Positions 45,683-54,297 of a stretch of 64,000 bases of DNA are shown one piece after another. Origin of the DNA: Micavibrio sp. (GTDB taxonomy: Bacteria > Pseudomonadota > Alphaproteobacteria > UBA2400); NCBI GenBank assembly GCA_040376705.1, contig JBEIQE010000001.1, positions 58,193-122,192 on the forward strand, read 5' to 3'. How positions within the stretch are numbered: position 1 is the first letter of the stretch; every line of letters begins with the position of its first letter. The notes beneath the pieces are model-generated. The model was not told the origin of the DNA and did no database searches. It worked only from the letters and a program-made list of their open reading frames with translations. Position numbers and translations under genes: made by a program.

Positions 45683-46138
45683 TCAGGCGGTTTTGGCGTT
45701 AATACCGTGCTTGGCCAGAAAGTAGCGCACCTGATGCGGCTGCTGGCCGCCTTCAAATCCATCCAGTTTTTCACCATTACGGAACAGCGCTATAGTGGGA
45801 ATGCAGGTAACCTTGAAATGTTTGACCAGCTGCGGGTTCTGGTCGAAATCAACCCGTGCCAGTAAAAAGCTGCCGTTATAGTCGCGTGCCATTTCGGCCA
45901 TCACCGGCGCAAAGTCGTGGCAGGGGCCGCACCAACGGGCATAGAAATCAACTACCACCGGCACCTCGTTTGAGGTTTTGAGCACCATATCGGCAAACTC
46001 ATCGCCGCTGATATCGCGCTCATAAGGGCTGATGGGGGCGGGCAAGGCAGGGTAGCGTTCGCGCTTCTGCTGCCAGAGAATGAACAGGATGAAGCCCGCA
46101 ACGGCGAGCACAGCAAGAAGGGCAGGCATGGTATGCAT
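45683..46138 (-). CDS. Membrane-anchored thioredoxin-family protein
   Basis: WCGPC active site, N-terminal TM (LLAVLAVAGFILFILW), 151 aa. Confidence 0.8.
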   Translation of the reverse strand: MHTMPALLAVLAVAGFILFILWQQKRERYPALPAPISPYERDISGDEFADMVLKTSNEVPVVVDFYARWCGPCHDFAPVMAEMARDYNGSFLLARVDFDQNPQLVKHFKVTCIPTIALFRNGEKLDGFEGGQQPHQVRYFLAKHGINAKTA

Positions 46139-46205
46139 AATATAGCAGCCCTAATATTCCTTATAAACGGCTATTTTATGCATGTAAGGCAACCCATAAT
46201 CAGAG

Positions 46206-46236
46206 GGAACGTTTGCTCCACTTGGTGATTGGCCTG
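46206..46236 (+). promoter_or_regulatory. EcfG-type (general stress sigma) promoter-like motif GGAAC-N16-GATT upstream of yciE-like gene
   Basis: GGAACgtttgctccacttggtGATT lies about 45 bp upstream of the ATG at 46281. Confidence 0.3.
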
Positions 46237-46280
46237 TTACCGCGCAGCTGCGTGGCAACCCTCAAGCAAGGATTTCTCAC

Positions 46281-46781
46281 ATGCAGGAAAAAACATTCGA
46301 CACGCTCTTTCACGATCACCTGAAAGACATCTACTACGCCGAGAAGAAAATCTACAAGGTACTGCCGAAAATGGAGAAGGCCGCACAGTCGCCGCAGTTG
46401 AAGGCAGCATTTGCCAAACACCGTGAGGAGACTGAAGGCCAGATCGAGCGCCTCGAGCAGGTATTCGAGATTTTTGGCAAGCGTGCACAGGGCAAAACCT
46501 GTCTCGCGATTGACGGTATTCTTGAAGAGAGCACCGAAGTGATGGAGGAGTACAAAGATTCTCCCGCACTCGATGCTGGCCTTGTGGCTTCAGCACAGGC
46601 CGTAGAGCACTATGAAATCGCGCGCTATACGACGTTGCGCCGTTTGGCCTTGCTGATTGGCCTTAATGATGCAGCCCGTCTGCTTGATGAAACCCTGAAG
46701 CAGGAAACCAAAACCGATATGGATCTCTCGAAGCTTGCCGATATGCAAACAGACGGACCTGCCATACGTAAAGTTGCCTGA
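46281..46781 (+). CDS. YciE/YciF-type ferritin-like (DUF892) stress protein
   Basis: LKDIYYAEKKIYKVLPKM...AVEHYEIARYTTL is the ferritin-like four-helix signature of the YciE family. Confidence 0.7.
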   Translation: MQEKTFDTLFHDHLKDIYYAEKKIYKVLPKMEKAAQSPQLKAAFAKHREETEGQIERLEQVFEIFGKRAQGKTCLAIDGILEESTEVMEEYKDSPALDAGLVASAQAVEHYEIARYTTLRRLALLIGLNDAARLLDETLKQETKTDMDLSKLADMQTDGPAIRKVA

Positions 46782-46962
46782 TCTTGCAATAAAATGAGGG
46801 GGCGTAGAGGCGGTGCGCCCCTTTATTTATGCATTATTGCGATGCAGTGATGCAGATACAAAACTGAAACAAAAGTTTTTCACGCCGCTTACAAACCAGA
46901 CAAAAAAATGTAACGCTGAGCTGTGAACCTGCAGTTGCTTCAACGCAAACAGGAGAAACATC

Positions 46963-47214
46963 ATGAACCTCATTCCCCATGTTATCTCAGGTGTTAACCA
47001 TCCGCTGGTGAGTCAGGTCTATGTTAAGGAGGGCCTGAGGCTACGTAACAAGACCGAGCATGTGCTGGTCATTCGCACCAACATCGAGCGCGATATTGAA
47101 GTGGCTGATGATGATGTGCTGATGTCTTTGTTCGCGGCACTGCCCGCTATCAAGGACAAGGCGCGGAGCCAGACCGGCAATTCAATCGAACGTCTTGAGA
47201 TCCGTTATAACTAA
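46963..47214 (+). CDS. Hypothetical small protein (83 aa)
   Basis: ORF with the upstream RBS aggaga. No motifs. Confidence 0.35.
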   Translation: MNLIPHVISGVNHPLVSQVYVKEGLRLRNKTEHVLVIRTNIERDIEVADDDVLMSLFAALPAIKDKARSQTGNSIERLEIRYN

Positions 47215-47227
47215 TTAATCTCGCGGG

Positions 47228-47983
47228 CTATGCCACTTCCTCTACGGGAGTAAGGCAGCACATATAGCCCACGCCGCGCACGGTTTTGATCATCCGTGGT
47301 GTGCGTGGGCTATCGCCCAGCTTCTTGCGGATACGGCCGATCTGGATATCTATCGCGCGGTCGAAGGATTCGAAATTTCCATCACGGGTGAGGTCGAACA
47401 GATGATCGCGTGTTAAAACGCGGTTGGGCGACAGCACCAGAGCTTCAAGCAGCTTGAACTCACCAGTGGTGAGGTCGAGCGAGGTGCCATGCGCATCGAA
47501 AACCTGATACTGGTTACGGTCGAGGCACATACCCTCAAACATCAGCCGCACCGGGCCACTCTGCGCGTGCTTGTCTTCAATGGCAGCGGCAGCAGGTGTA
47601 GCCGAGGGGGCAGGGGCCGCACGGCGGCGCAGTACGGCTTTAATACGCGCGGCTAGCTCACGCAGCTCATAGGGTTTGGTCAGGTAATCATCCGCGCCCA
47701 TTTCAAGGCCGACGATCTTCTCGGTGGTCTCTGACTTGCCGCTGGCAATGATAACGCCCGCATCACACGCATTCTTGATACGGCCTAATACACTAAAGCC
47801 ATCTGCATCCGGCAGGCCAAGGTCGAGGATCACCACATCCGGCTTCAGGTTCTGTAATGCTGTATCAACCGCAGCACTGCTTTGCGCGGTGTGCACGGTA
47901 TAGCCCTCGTCTTCGAGGTAATGACCGACCACGGTGATAAGTGCCGTATCGTCATCGATATAGAGAACGGAGGCTTTAGTCAT
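47228..47983 (-). CDS. OmpR-family two-component response regulator
   Basis: REC (VLYIDDD...VILDLGLPDADG...KPY) plus a winged-helix C-terminus (LTRDHLF...TVRGVGY). The start is refined to MTKAS, which has a gaggat RBS. Confidence 0.8.
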   Translation of the reverse strand: MTKASVLYIDDDTALITVVGHYLEDEGYTVHTAQSSAAVDTALQNLKPDVVILDLGLPDADGFSVLGRIKNACDAGVIIASGKSETTEKIVGLEMGADDYLTKPYELRELAARIKAVLRRRAAPAPSATPAAAAIEDKHAQSGPVRLMFEGMCLDRNQYQVFDAHGTSLDLTTGEFKLLEALVLSPNRVLTRDHLFDLTRDGNFESFDRAIDIQIGRIRKKLGDSPRTPRMIKTVRGVGYMCCLTPVEEVA

Positions 47984-48133
47984 GAAATCCTCAAAAATGG
48001 TGCGCAAACCTAGCCCAGTTACAAAACTGATACAAACTCTTTCCTGTCAGAAACATTCCGGAAGAATTACAGCAGCATAGCGGGCCTACATTGCGCTCCA
48101 GTAGTTGATGTTAACGATTACCCGGAGGATGTT

Positions 48134-48634
48134 ATGTTTACACACGATCAGCTTATGCCCCAGCTCGAGGGTTTGCGCCGCTTCTCCATGAAGCTGACCA
48201 GCAACCGTCCAGACTCGGACGATCTGCTGCAGTCCACCGTTCTGCGTGCCATCGAGAAGCAGCATTTGTTTGAAGATGGTACCAACCTGTTCCACTGGAC
48301 CAGCCGTATCATGTTCAACATTTTTGTAAGCAACTACAAGCGCCGTACCCAGCGCGAGTGTCAGTTCGACCCCGAGGCGCTCATCGCGTCGCTTTCGGTC
48401 ATGCCTGACCAGGAAAGCCGTATGCACTTCAAGTCGGTATGTGGCGCGATTGAAAAGCTCTCGCCGCAGCACCGCGAGATCATCACCGTTATCTGCTGGG
48501 ATGGACTCTCATATGAAGAGGCCGCACAGAAGCTCGGCATCGCTATTGGCACCGTGCGTTCGCGCCTTGCCCGTGCCCGTGAAAAGCTGATGGAGCGTCT
48601 GGGTGATGTGCCTGAAGGTACCACCATTCAGTAA
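48134..48634 (+). CDS. ECF-family RNA polymerase sigma factor
   Basis: Sigma-2 (LLQSTVLRAIEK...FHWTSRIMFN) and sigma-4 (LSPQHREIITVICWDGLSYEEAAQKLGIAIGTVRSRL) regions are present. It is divergent from the OmpR-type regulator. Confidence 0.8.
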   Translation: MFTHDQLMPQLEGLRRFSMKLTSNRPDSDDLLQSTVLRAIEKQHLFEDGTNLFHWTSRIMFNIFVSNYKRRTQRECQFDPEALIASLSVMPDQESRMHFKSVCGAIEKLSPQHREIITVICWDGLSYEEAAQKLGIAIGTVRSRLARAREKLMERLGDVPEGTTIQ

Positions 48635-48715
48635 ACACTGCCCGGAGCGGGGAACTATTCCTTCCGCTCCGGGTTCTTTGCATGTTGATTTACCGTCTTG
48701 AAGGAGACAGATAAA

Positions 48716-49540
48716 ATGAAGACCCAGCTTTTAGCCACCACGGCAATTGCCATTCTTATGGCACTGCCCGTTGCGGCCAACGCCGAAACCACCACGACCA
48801 CCACCAAGGTCGAGCATTCAGCAACAGTTCCGGCTGCATCCCCCACAGTCGGTCAGCGCCTTGATAGCGGTATCGAAAGTACCCGCGAAGGTATCGCTGC
48901 TGCAGCCGAAAGTGTGCGTGATTTCATGACTCCGTCAGATGCAGCTGGTGGCCTTGCCACTGTCAGCATCAACAAGCGTAATACCGTAGCCGGTATCATC
49001 GGCGAGAAGGTATACAACGTGCGTAATGAGCAGGTTGCGACTATCGACGACGTACTGTTCAACGCCGACGGCACCGCTTCCAAGATCATTCTCGCCAACG
49101 GTGGCATCATGGGTATGGGCGCCAAGCATGTAGCGGTAGATTTTGGTCTGCTCTACACCCGCGCTAATAACGATGACGTGATCGTACCGATTACCGAAGA
49201 AACCATCAAGCGTATGGCCCCTTTCTCGTATGAAGCGGCAGATGCCAAAGATGGCGCACAGACAATGGCCGCAGGCCAGGTCAGTGCCAAGGCGATGCTG
49301 GACGGCGAACTGCTCAATGCCCGTGGCACTGAAGTTGGTTCGATCGACAACATCACCATCAGCGAAGGCCATGCCAGCCAAGTGATTGTAGCTTACAACA
49401 CCACACTGGGCATGGGCGGCGAGAAGATGGCGATTGCCTACGACCAGCTGCAGAAGAGCGGCGACAATACCGAGGTAGACTTCAAGCTGCCGGGCACGTT
49501 GTCTTCGCGCTTTGAGACCTACGTCAAGGCTGCCAACTAA
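48716..49540 (+). CDS. Exported PRC-barrel domain protein (two PRC-barrel repeats)
   Basis: Signal peptide MKTQLLATTAIAILMALPVAANA. There are two copies of G-x-x-V-Y-N-x-x-x-E-x-V-x-x-I-D-D-V-L-x-x-x-D-G. The start is refined to 48716, with an aaggag RBS. Confidence 0.7.
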   Translation: MKTQLLATTAIAILMALPVAANAETTTTTTKVEHSATVPAASPTVGQRLDSGIESTREGIAAAAESVRDFMTPSDAAGGLATVSINKRNTVAGIIGEKVYNVRNEQVATIDDVLFNADGTASKIILANGGIMGMGAKHVAVDFGLLYTRANNDDVIVPITEETIKRMAPFSYEAADAKDGAQTMAAGQVSAKAMLDGELLNARGTEVGSIDNITISEGHASQVIVAYNTTLGMGGEKMAIAYDQLQKSGDNTEVDFKLPGTLSSRFETYVKAAN

Positions 49541-49567
49541 TTTAACCCACCAACCAAGGAGAAGATC

Positions 49568-49783
49568 ATGAATAGCGATATCATTCAGGGTAAATGGGAA
49601 CAGGTTAAGGGTGAAGTCATCAAGCAGTGGGGCAAGCTCACAGATGACACCATGACCGAGATTAACGGTAACCGCACCAAGCTTCTGGGCAAGATCCAGG
49701 AGACCTACGGTGTGGCTCAGGATGAAGCCGAACGTCAGGTTTCTGAATGGGAAAAGGCACGTGACAAGAGCAAAGCTGCCTAA
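49568..49783 (+). CDS. CsbD-family general stress protein
   Basis: KWEQVKGEVIKQWGKLTDDTMTEINGNRTKLLGKIQETYGVAQDEAERQVSEW is canonical CsbD. Confidence 0.8.
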   Translation: MNSDIIQGKWEQVKGEVIKQWGKLTDDTMTEINGNRTKLLGKIQETYGVAQDEAERQVSEWEKARDKSKAA

Positions 49784-49805
49784 AAACAGCCTGCTTATGT
49801 GAGGA

Positions 49806-49838
49806 AAGGGTGCAACTTGCGGGTTGCGCCCTTTCTTT
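49806..49838 (+). terminator. Rho-independent terminator after csbD
   Basis: aaagggtgcaacttgcgggttgcgccctttctttttt. Confidence 0.7.
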
Positions 49839-49858
49839 TTTATCCGTGTTTTATTTTA

Positions 49859-49887
49859 TGGAACGTTTATACGCGCCGGTTGTTCTT
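49859..49887 (+). promoter_or_regulatory. EcfG-type promoter-like motif GGAAC-N16-TGTT upstream of ompA-like gene
   Basis: GGAACgtttatacgcgccggtTGTT lies about 50 bp upstream of the ATG at 49935. Confidence 0.3.
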
Positions 49888-49934
49888 CCTGCGGCGGCAA
49901 TCATCGCCCTAACCAGAATATCGAGGAGCTTAAT

Positions 49935-50552
49935 ATGCACAAGTTTACTGCTACTGCCTTTGTCATGCTGACCGCGCTGACATTTGCCCATCCTGTTCAT
50001 GCCGATACGGCACTGAGCAACAATGCAATTGTTACCGACTCATCGGGTAAGCCGGTTCATGGTCTGGCCAGTGGTACGTGCGTACGCACTAGCTGGGAAA
50101 AGGGCGAGAACGTCTGTGCACCTGCACAGCAGACCCGCACAGTAACCCAGACCGTACTGACCGATGACGAGCGCGTTGTTTACTTCGCGTTCAACAGTGC
50201 CGAGCTGACGCCAGCTGCGCAGAACAACCTGAACGCAGTGGCCCAGCGCCTTGCCAAGGCTGACGACGTCGCCAGTGCCGAAATCGTTGGCTTTGCCGAC
50301 CGTATTGGCAGCAACGACTATAACGACAAGCTTTCGGCCCGTCGTGCGGCAGCTGTAAAGGACTATCTGGTCCGTAACGGCTACCTTAATGTTAACGTAA
50401 CGCAGGTACGTGCCATGGGCGAAAACCGCCCCACCACCAGCTGCCCGACAGATGCTGCGCGTAACAGCCAGATCGCCTGTCTCAGCCCTGACCGTCGCGT
50501 TGAAATTGAGCTGACCTATGTTGACCGTATGCGTCTGACCTCAACCCGCTAA
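49935..50552 (+). CDS. OmpA-family (OmpA C-terminal-like domain) exported protein
   Basis: Signal peptide MHKFTATAFVMLTALTFAHPVHA. The C-terminal OmpA-like domain reads VYFAFNSAELTPAAQNNL...GFADRIGSNDYNDKLSARRAAAV. Confidence 0.8.
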   Translation: MHKFTATAFVMLTALTFAHPVHADTALSNNAIVTDSSGKPVHGLASGTCVRTSWEKGENVCAPAQQTRTVTQTVLTDDERVVYFAFNSAELTPAAQNNLNAVAQRLAKADDVASAEIVGFADRIGSNDYNDKLSARRAAAVKDYLVRNGYLNVNVTQVRAMGENRPTTSCPTDAARNSQIACLSPDRRVEIELTYVDRMRLTSTR

Positions 50553-50631
50553 TACCGGACAGGTTTTTATAAAGAGCGGGCGGCCTGCGGGTCGCCCGTT
50601 TTTTCATACCGTTTTTTATGCCCATTTTAGA

Positions 50632-50656
50632 GGAACACTGGCCAACAGCAGGTGTT
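50632..50656 (+). promoter_or_regulatory. EcfG-type promoter-like motif GGAAC-N16-TGTT
   Basis: GGAACactggccaacagcaggTGTT lies about 45 bp upstream of the small ORF at 50701. Confidence 0.35.
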
Positions 50657-50700
50657 GGTAAAGCAAGAAGCATAGCTTCTCTGATCTAACTTAAACAAGG

Positions 50701-50907
50701 ATGACGATCATGACCAAGTTCAATCAGCCTCAGGCTTTGCAGGATATCAATTCGCCCGACCGTGTTGCCCGGAATCCGGACAACAAGAAGAAGGGTGAAG
50801 CGATGATTGATGTCGAAGAGCAGGGCGCCCGCAGTCCACAGGCCAAGGATAAGGCACCTTTGCATGATTTTCAGCAGGAGCCACGCAAGGTTTCCGGTGA
50901 CCGTTAA
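50701..50907 (+). CDS. Small hydrophilic disordered stress-type protein (KFNQP family), copy 1
   Basis: 68 aa, Lys/Asp/Gln-rich. The N-terminus M(TIM)TKFNQP is shared with the ORF at 51099. It is followed by a GC hairpin. Confidence 0.4.
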   Translation: MTIMTKFNQPQALQDINSPDRVARNPDNKKKGEAMIDVEEQGARSPQAKDKAPLHDFQQEPRKVSGDR

Positions 50908-50961
50908 ACCAGATTTTTCTGCCCTCCGGGCTGAATGATCCGGACTAACTCCCGGGATAGA

Positions 50962-50986
50962 GGGCCGCCTTCGCAAGAGGCGGCCC
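50962..50986. repeat. Conserved hairpin element copy 1 (GGGCCGCC-TTCGCAAGA-GGCGGCCC)
   Basis: An 8-bp GC stem with a TTCGCAAGA loop. It shares the loop core with copies at 51299 and 55996. Confidence 0.6.
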
Positions 50987-51019
50987 TCACTCTTTACAGC
51001 CATTTTACGGGCAAAGGGG

Positions 51020-51044
51020 GGAACATGTACCAGCCCCTCGTATT
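51020..51044 (+). promoter_or_regulatory. EcfG-type promoter-like motif GGAAC-N16-TATT
   Basis: GGAACatgtaccagcccctcgTATT lies about 55 bp upstream of the ATG at 51099. Confidence 0.3.
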
Positions 51045-51098
51045 GGTAAGGCACAAGGCCAGGAGCCTTTCCGATTTTAACATTGAGAGGAAACGATC

Positions 51099-51266
51099 AT
51101 GAACAAGTTCAATCAGCCTGACAACAAGAATAAGCCTGCCACCACTGGCAAGCCTGAGTCAGCCAACCCGCAGCAGGGTAATAACAAGCCCAAGGGCGAA
51201 GGTAAGGTTGAAGTCGGCGATCCTGATGCACAGGATGAGCAGACCAAGGCACAGGGCAGCCGTAAA
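51099..51266 (+). CDS. Small hydrophilic disordered protein (KFNQP family), copy 2 (55 aa, below ORF-track cutoff)
   Basis: Manual translation: MNKFNQPDNKNKPATTGKPESANPQQGNNKPKGEGKVEVGDPDAQDEQPDQGTGQP. RBS gagagg. Followed by hairpin copy 2. Confidence 0.35.
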
Positions 51267-51298
51267 GCCTCATAAGCTTTACTCACGCTAATGAATAG

Positions 51299-51325
51299 GG
51301 GCCACCTTCGCCAAGATGGTGGCCC
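51299..51325. repeat. Conserved hairpin element copy 2 (GGGCCACC-TTCGCCAAGAT-GGTGGCCC)
   Basis: It lies between the small ORF and the convergent histidine kinase gene. Confidence 0.6.
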
Positions 51326-51330
51326 TTGTT

Positions 51331-53580
51331 TTATGAAGCAAGGTTACTGTGCCTGAGGTTCATATGGCGGGCCAGCATATCGCGCAGATCATCGCCAAAA
51401 ATGGGTTTGGTCAGGTAGTCATCCATGCCGCTGGCAATTACGCGGTCTTTATCGTGCATCATGGCATGTGCTGTCATACAGATTATAGGCGTGCGGGGCA
51501 GGCCGCGGGCCTCCTCGATCTCGCGAATAGCTTTGGTTGCGGTAAAGCCATCCATAACCGGCATCTGCACGTCCATAAGAATGGCATCGTAATGGCCGGC
51601 CTCAAACTTATCGACTGCTTCCTTGCCATTTATGGCTACATCATAGGCCAGGCCCATCTCTTCAAAGATGAACGAGATAACCGCGATATTGCCATTATAG
51701 TCTTCGGCCAGCAGCACCTTCTTCTCATGCAGGGCCACAATGCGCGGGCGGGCTTGCGGCTCGGCGGTATCGGCCTCTTCAAGCGTGGCAGTTATCCCGC
51801 GGTGCGGCACCAGCAGGGTAAAGATGGAGCCACGGCCCAATACGCTATCAACATGAATATGCCCGCCCATAAGCGTGGCGAGGTTTTGCGAAATGGTGAG
51901 GCCAAGGCCAGTACCGCCAAACTTTTTGGTGATAAAGGCATCGCCCTGTTTGAATTGCTCGAAGATCTTTTCTTTCACACCATCGGCAATACCAATACCT
52001 GTATCAGTCACTGTAACGGAGAGGAATGGCGCGCCATCAAGGTCGATCAGCTTGGGCGTAACCGTAACCGAGCCTATTTCAGTAAACTTGATGGCATTAC
52101 CTACCAGATTGAGTAGCACTTGGCGCAGGCGCGGGCCGTCATAATACCCCACCACGCGGCTGAATGAGCGGTAATCAAGGTTATAGGTAATACCCTTCTC
52201 CTTGGCGGTGAGGGTGGTAATTTCATAAACCTCGCGCAGGATATGGCCGAGGTTGACCTCGCGCAGGTCAAGCTCCACCTGGCCGCTTTCAATACGCGAG
52301 AAATCGAGAATATCGGTTACCAGTTCGCGCAGTGTGATTGAGCTGGTATGCAACACATGCACCAGCTGCTTTTGCTTGTCGCTCAGGTTACCGGTGTTCT
52401 TCTGTAAAATTTCTGCCACGCCGTTAATGGCCGTAAGTGGCGTACGGATTTCGTGGCTCATATGCGCCAGAAACGCGCTCTTCGCAGCGCTGGCGCGCTC
52501 GGCTTCTTCCTTTTCAGCTGCCACCTTCTCCTGATAGAGGCGCAGGTAAGTAACATCCGCCGTGGCGCCTACCAGCCGCTCGACTTTGCCATTGGCGTCA
52601 ACAATGCAGCGGCCACGCGAGTTCACCCAGATCCAGCGTCCATCGCTATGGCTCAGGCGATACATATCGGTATACTCAGGTGTTTCATTGCGGCAGCCAG
52701 CCTCGATGTTCTTGAGCACATGCTCTTTATCATCCGGGTGCACCAGCTGCATAAACTCTTCTAGCGGAATGCCGGTTGTAATAGGGGCGCGGCCTAAAAG
52801 ATCAAAGAGCTGGCGCGAGTAGAACAGCTGGTTCTTCTCGATATCCATATCAAAGATACTGTCGTTACTGCCGCGCATGGCCATCTGGAAGCGCTGGCGC
52901 GCATCTTCAAGCCGCTTCTCGGCCTGTTGGCGCTTGCCCTGCACATAAAACAGGAAAGTGTTGAACACCAGCAGCAGGAGAATAGCTGCCGTACCGCCAA
53001 AAATAAGTGAAGTGAAATACTGCTGGCGCTTGTCGCTGGTCTCCTGCGTGCGCCGGATCATGATGTTCTGCTCATGGCTGATAAAGTCGCGAATAGCGGC
53101 AGTCAGGTCAGTGCGGGTTTTCTCTAGTGCGTCGTAGCCTTCCATAAAGCGGGGCAGACTAAAGCTTCGGCCCTGCAGGTCGGCAAGGCGTGTGTCGAGC
53201 TGGTCGATATAGGTTACGAAAAGGGCGCGAATGGCGGCCAGCTGTGCACTCTGGTCGGCATTATCAACAGTGCTTTTTTCGATATTCTCGATCTGCAGCA
53301 GGGCTTCTTCGCGTGCGGCTTTATAGGCATTCAGAAAACTTTCATCGCCGGTGAGCAGGTAGCTGCGTTCCTCCAGCAGCATGCGATTAGGCAGGGAGCT
53401 GAGCTTTTGCGTAGCGATAATTACATTATAGCTATGCATAACCCATGAGTTGCTCTCGGCGACATTGCTGCGGCCGCTGACAAAGATCTGCACAAAAACA
53501 CCTGCAGAAATGAGCAGGATGAATGAGAATAAAAGGAGGTCGCGCAGATTTCTATGGTTCATCACTTGCCCTTGTCGCAA
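51331..53580 (-). CDS. Hybrid sensor histidine kinase/response regulator with CHASE3-like periplasmic sensor, PAS, HisKA, HATPase and REC
   Basis: A TM is followed by NSWVMHSYNVIIATQKL...ERSYLLTGDESFL (CHASE3-like), a second TM, PAS, an H-box HMSHEIRTPL, a G-box GGTGLGL, and a C-terminal REC (ILMDVQMPVMDG). Confidence 0.85.
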   Translation of the reverse strand: MRQGQVMNHRNLRDLLLFSFILLISAGVFVQIFVSGRSNVAESNSWVMHSYNVIIATQKLSSLPNRMLLEERSYLLTGDESFLNAYKAAREEALLQIENIEKSTVDNADQSAQLAAIRALFVTYIDQLDTRLADLQGRSFSLPRFMEGYDALEKTRTDLTAAIRDFISHEQNIMIRRTQETSDKRQQYFTSLIFGGTAAILLLLVFNTFLFYVQGKRQQAEKRLEDARQRFQMAMRGSNDSIFDMDIEKNQLFYSRQLFDLLGRAPITTGIPLEEFMQLVHPDDKEHVLKNIEAGCRNETPEYTDMYRLSHSDGRWIWVNSRGRCIVDANGKVERLVGATADVTYLRLYQEKVAAEKEEAERASAAKSAFLAHMSHEIRTPLTAINGVAEILQKNTGNLSDKQKQLVHVLHTSSITLRELVTDILDFSRIESGQVELDLREVNLGHILREVYEITTLTAKEKGITYNLDYRSFSRVVGYYDGPRLRQVLLNLVGNAIKFTEIGSVTVTPKLIDLDGAPFLSVTVTDTGIGIADGVKEKIFEQFKQGDAFITKKFGGTGLGLTISQNLATLMGGHIHVDSVLGRGSIFTLLVPHRGITATLEEADTAEPQARPRIVALHEKKVLLAEDYNGNIAVISFIFEEMGLAYDVAINGKEAVDKFEAGHYDAILMDVQMPVMDGFTATKAIREIEEARGLPRTPIICMTAHAMMHDKDRVIASGMDDYLTKPIFGDDLRDMLARHMNLRHSNLAS

Positions 53581-53640
53581 TACTGAGGGGCAGGTTAGCC
53601 GCTAACATCTCTGGCAGCAATGGTGGTGAAGTCTGTTATT

Positions 53641-53823
53641 TTAAAGCGGATTCGGCGGCTTCCTGCCGGTAATCACATGCGCCAGCGCGGTGATGATGAA
53701 CAGCACAATGAAGATCAGGAAGATCAGCTGTGCCATCTCCATGGATATGGAAGCAATACCCGAGAAGCCTAAAGCGGCAGCTACAAGTGCAAGTACAAGA
53801 AAGGTCAGGGCCCAGCTCAGCAT
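53641..53823 (-). CDS. DUF1328 family small membrane protein
   Basis: 60 aa. MLSWALTFLVLALVAAALGFSGIA...IFLIFIVLF is a two-helix hydrophobic peptide typical of the DUF1328/YtjA family. Confidence 0.6.
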   Translation of the reverse strand: MLSWALTFLVLALVAAALGFSGIASISMEMAQLIFLIFIVLFIITALAHVITGRKPPNPL

Positions 53824-53998
53824 AATTTTTCCTCCATCTGCTGGGCTAATACATAAGGCGGGGGCTGAGTTCCGGCCCTTCTACAATAATTAGAAGGTGC
53901 ATTTATAAAATAATTATCTGAAAGGCGGTTCTATTGATGAACTTTTTCCGGCGCCAATCGTTAGCACTACATCAATACCATTCTTTCAGGAGCAAAAC

Positions 53999-54154
53999 AT
54001 GGTGACCACAAAGTTCATGAATACATTCTTCCTCGCCTGTCTGGCTTTAGGCGCAACCAGCGTTCTGACCGGCTGCAACACTTTTGAGGGCGCAGGGCAG
54101 GATATCCAGAATGGTGGCGAAGCGATTGAAGATGCCGCTCAAAACAACAAGTAA
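53999..54154 (+). CDS. Entericidin EcnA/B family lipoprotein (51 aa, below ORF-track cutoff)
   Basis: Manual translation: MVTTKFMNTFFLACLALGATSVLTGCNTFEGAGQDIQNGGEAIEDAAQNNK. A lipobox LTGC and a caggag RBS are present. Confidence 0.55.
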   Translation: MVTTKFMNTFFLACLALGATSVLTGCNTFEGAGQDIQNGGEAIEDAAQNNK

Positions 54155-54168
54155 CGGAAGGTGCAGCT

Positions 54169-54240
54169 ATGCGCAGTGTTATTCTTTTCCTGATTGGCGT
54201 GCCAATTCCCGTCATCATTATCTATAACCTGTTCTTCTAG
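54169..54240 (+). CDS. Possible 23-aa hydrophobic peptide (MRSVILFLIGVPIPVIIIYNLFF)
   Basis: A ggaaggtg RBS sits 7 nt upstream. It is immediately downstream of the entericidin gene. Very short and speculative. Confidence 0.25.
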   Translation: MRSVILFLIGVPIPVIIIYNLFF

Positions 54241-54297
54241 GCTGGTGCCCGAAGGCAGGGCCGCATATAACTATCCTCTCTGCTTTCGGGATACCCT

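Noticed and set aside
47228-47983. Possibility that the regulator divergent from the ECF sigma is PhyR
   Set aside because: The domain order is REC followed by an OmpR-type winged helix. PhyR has an N-terminal sigma-like domain followed by REC.
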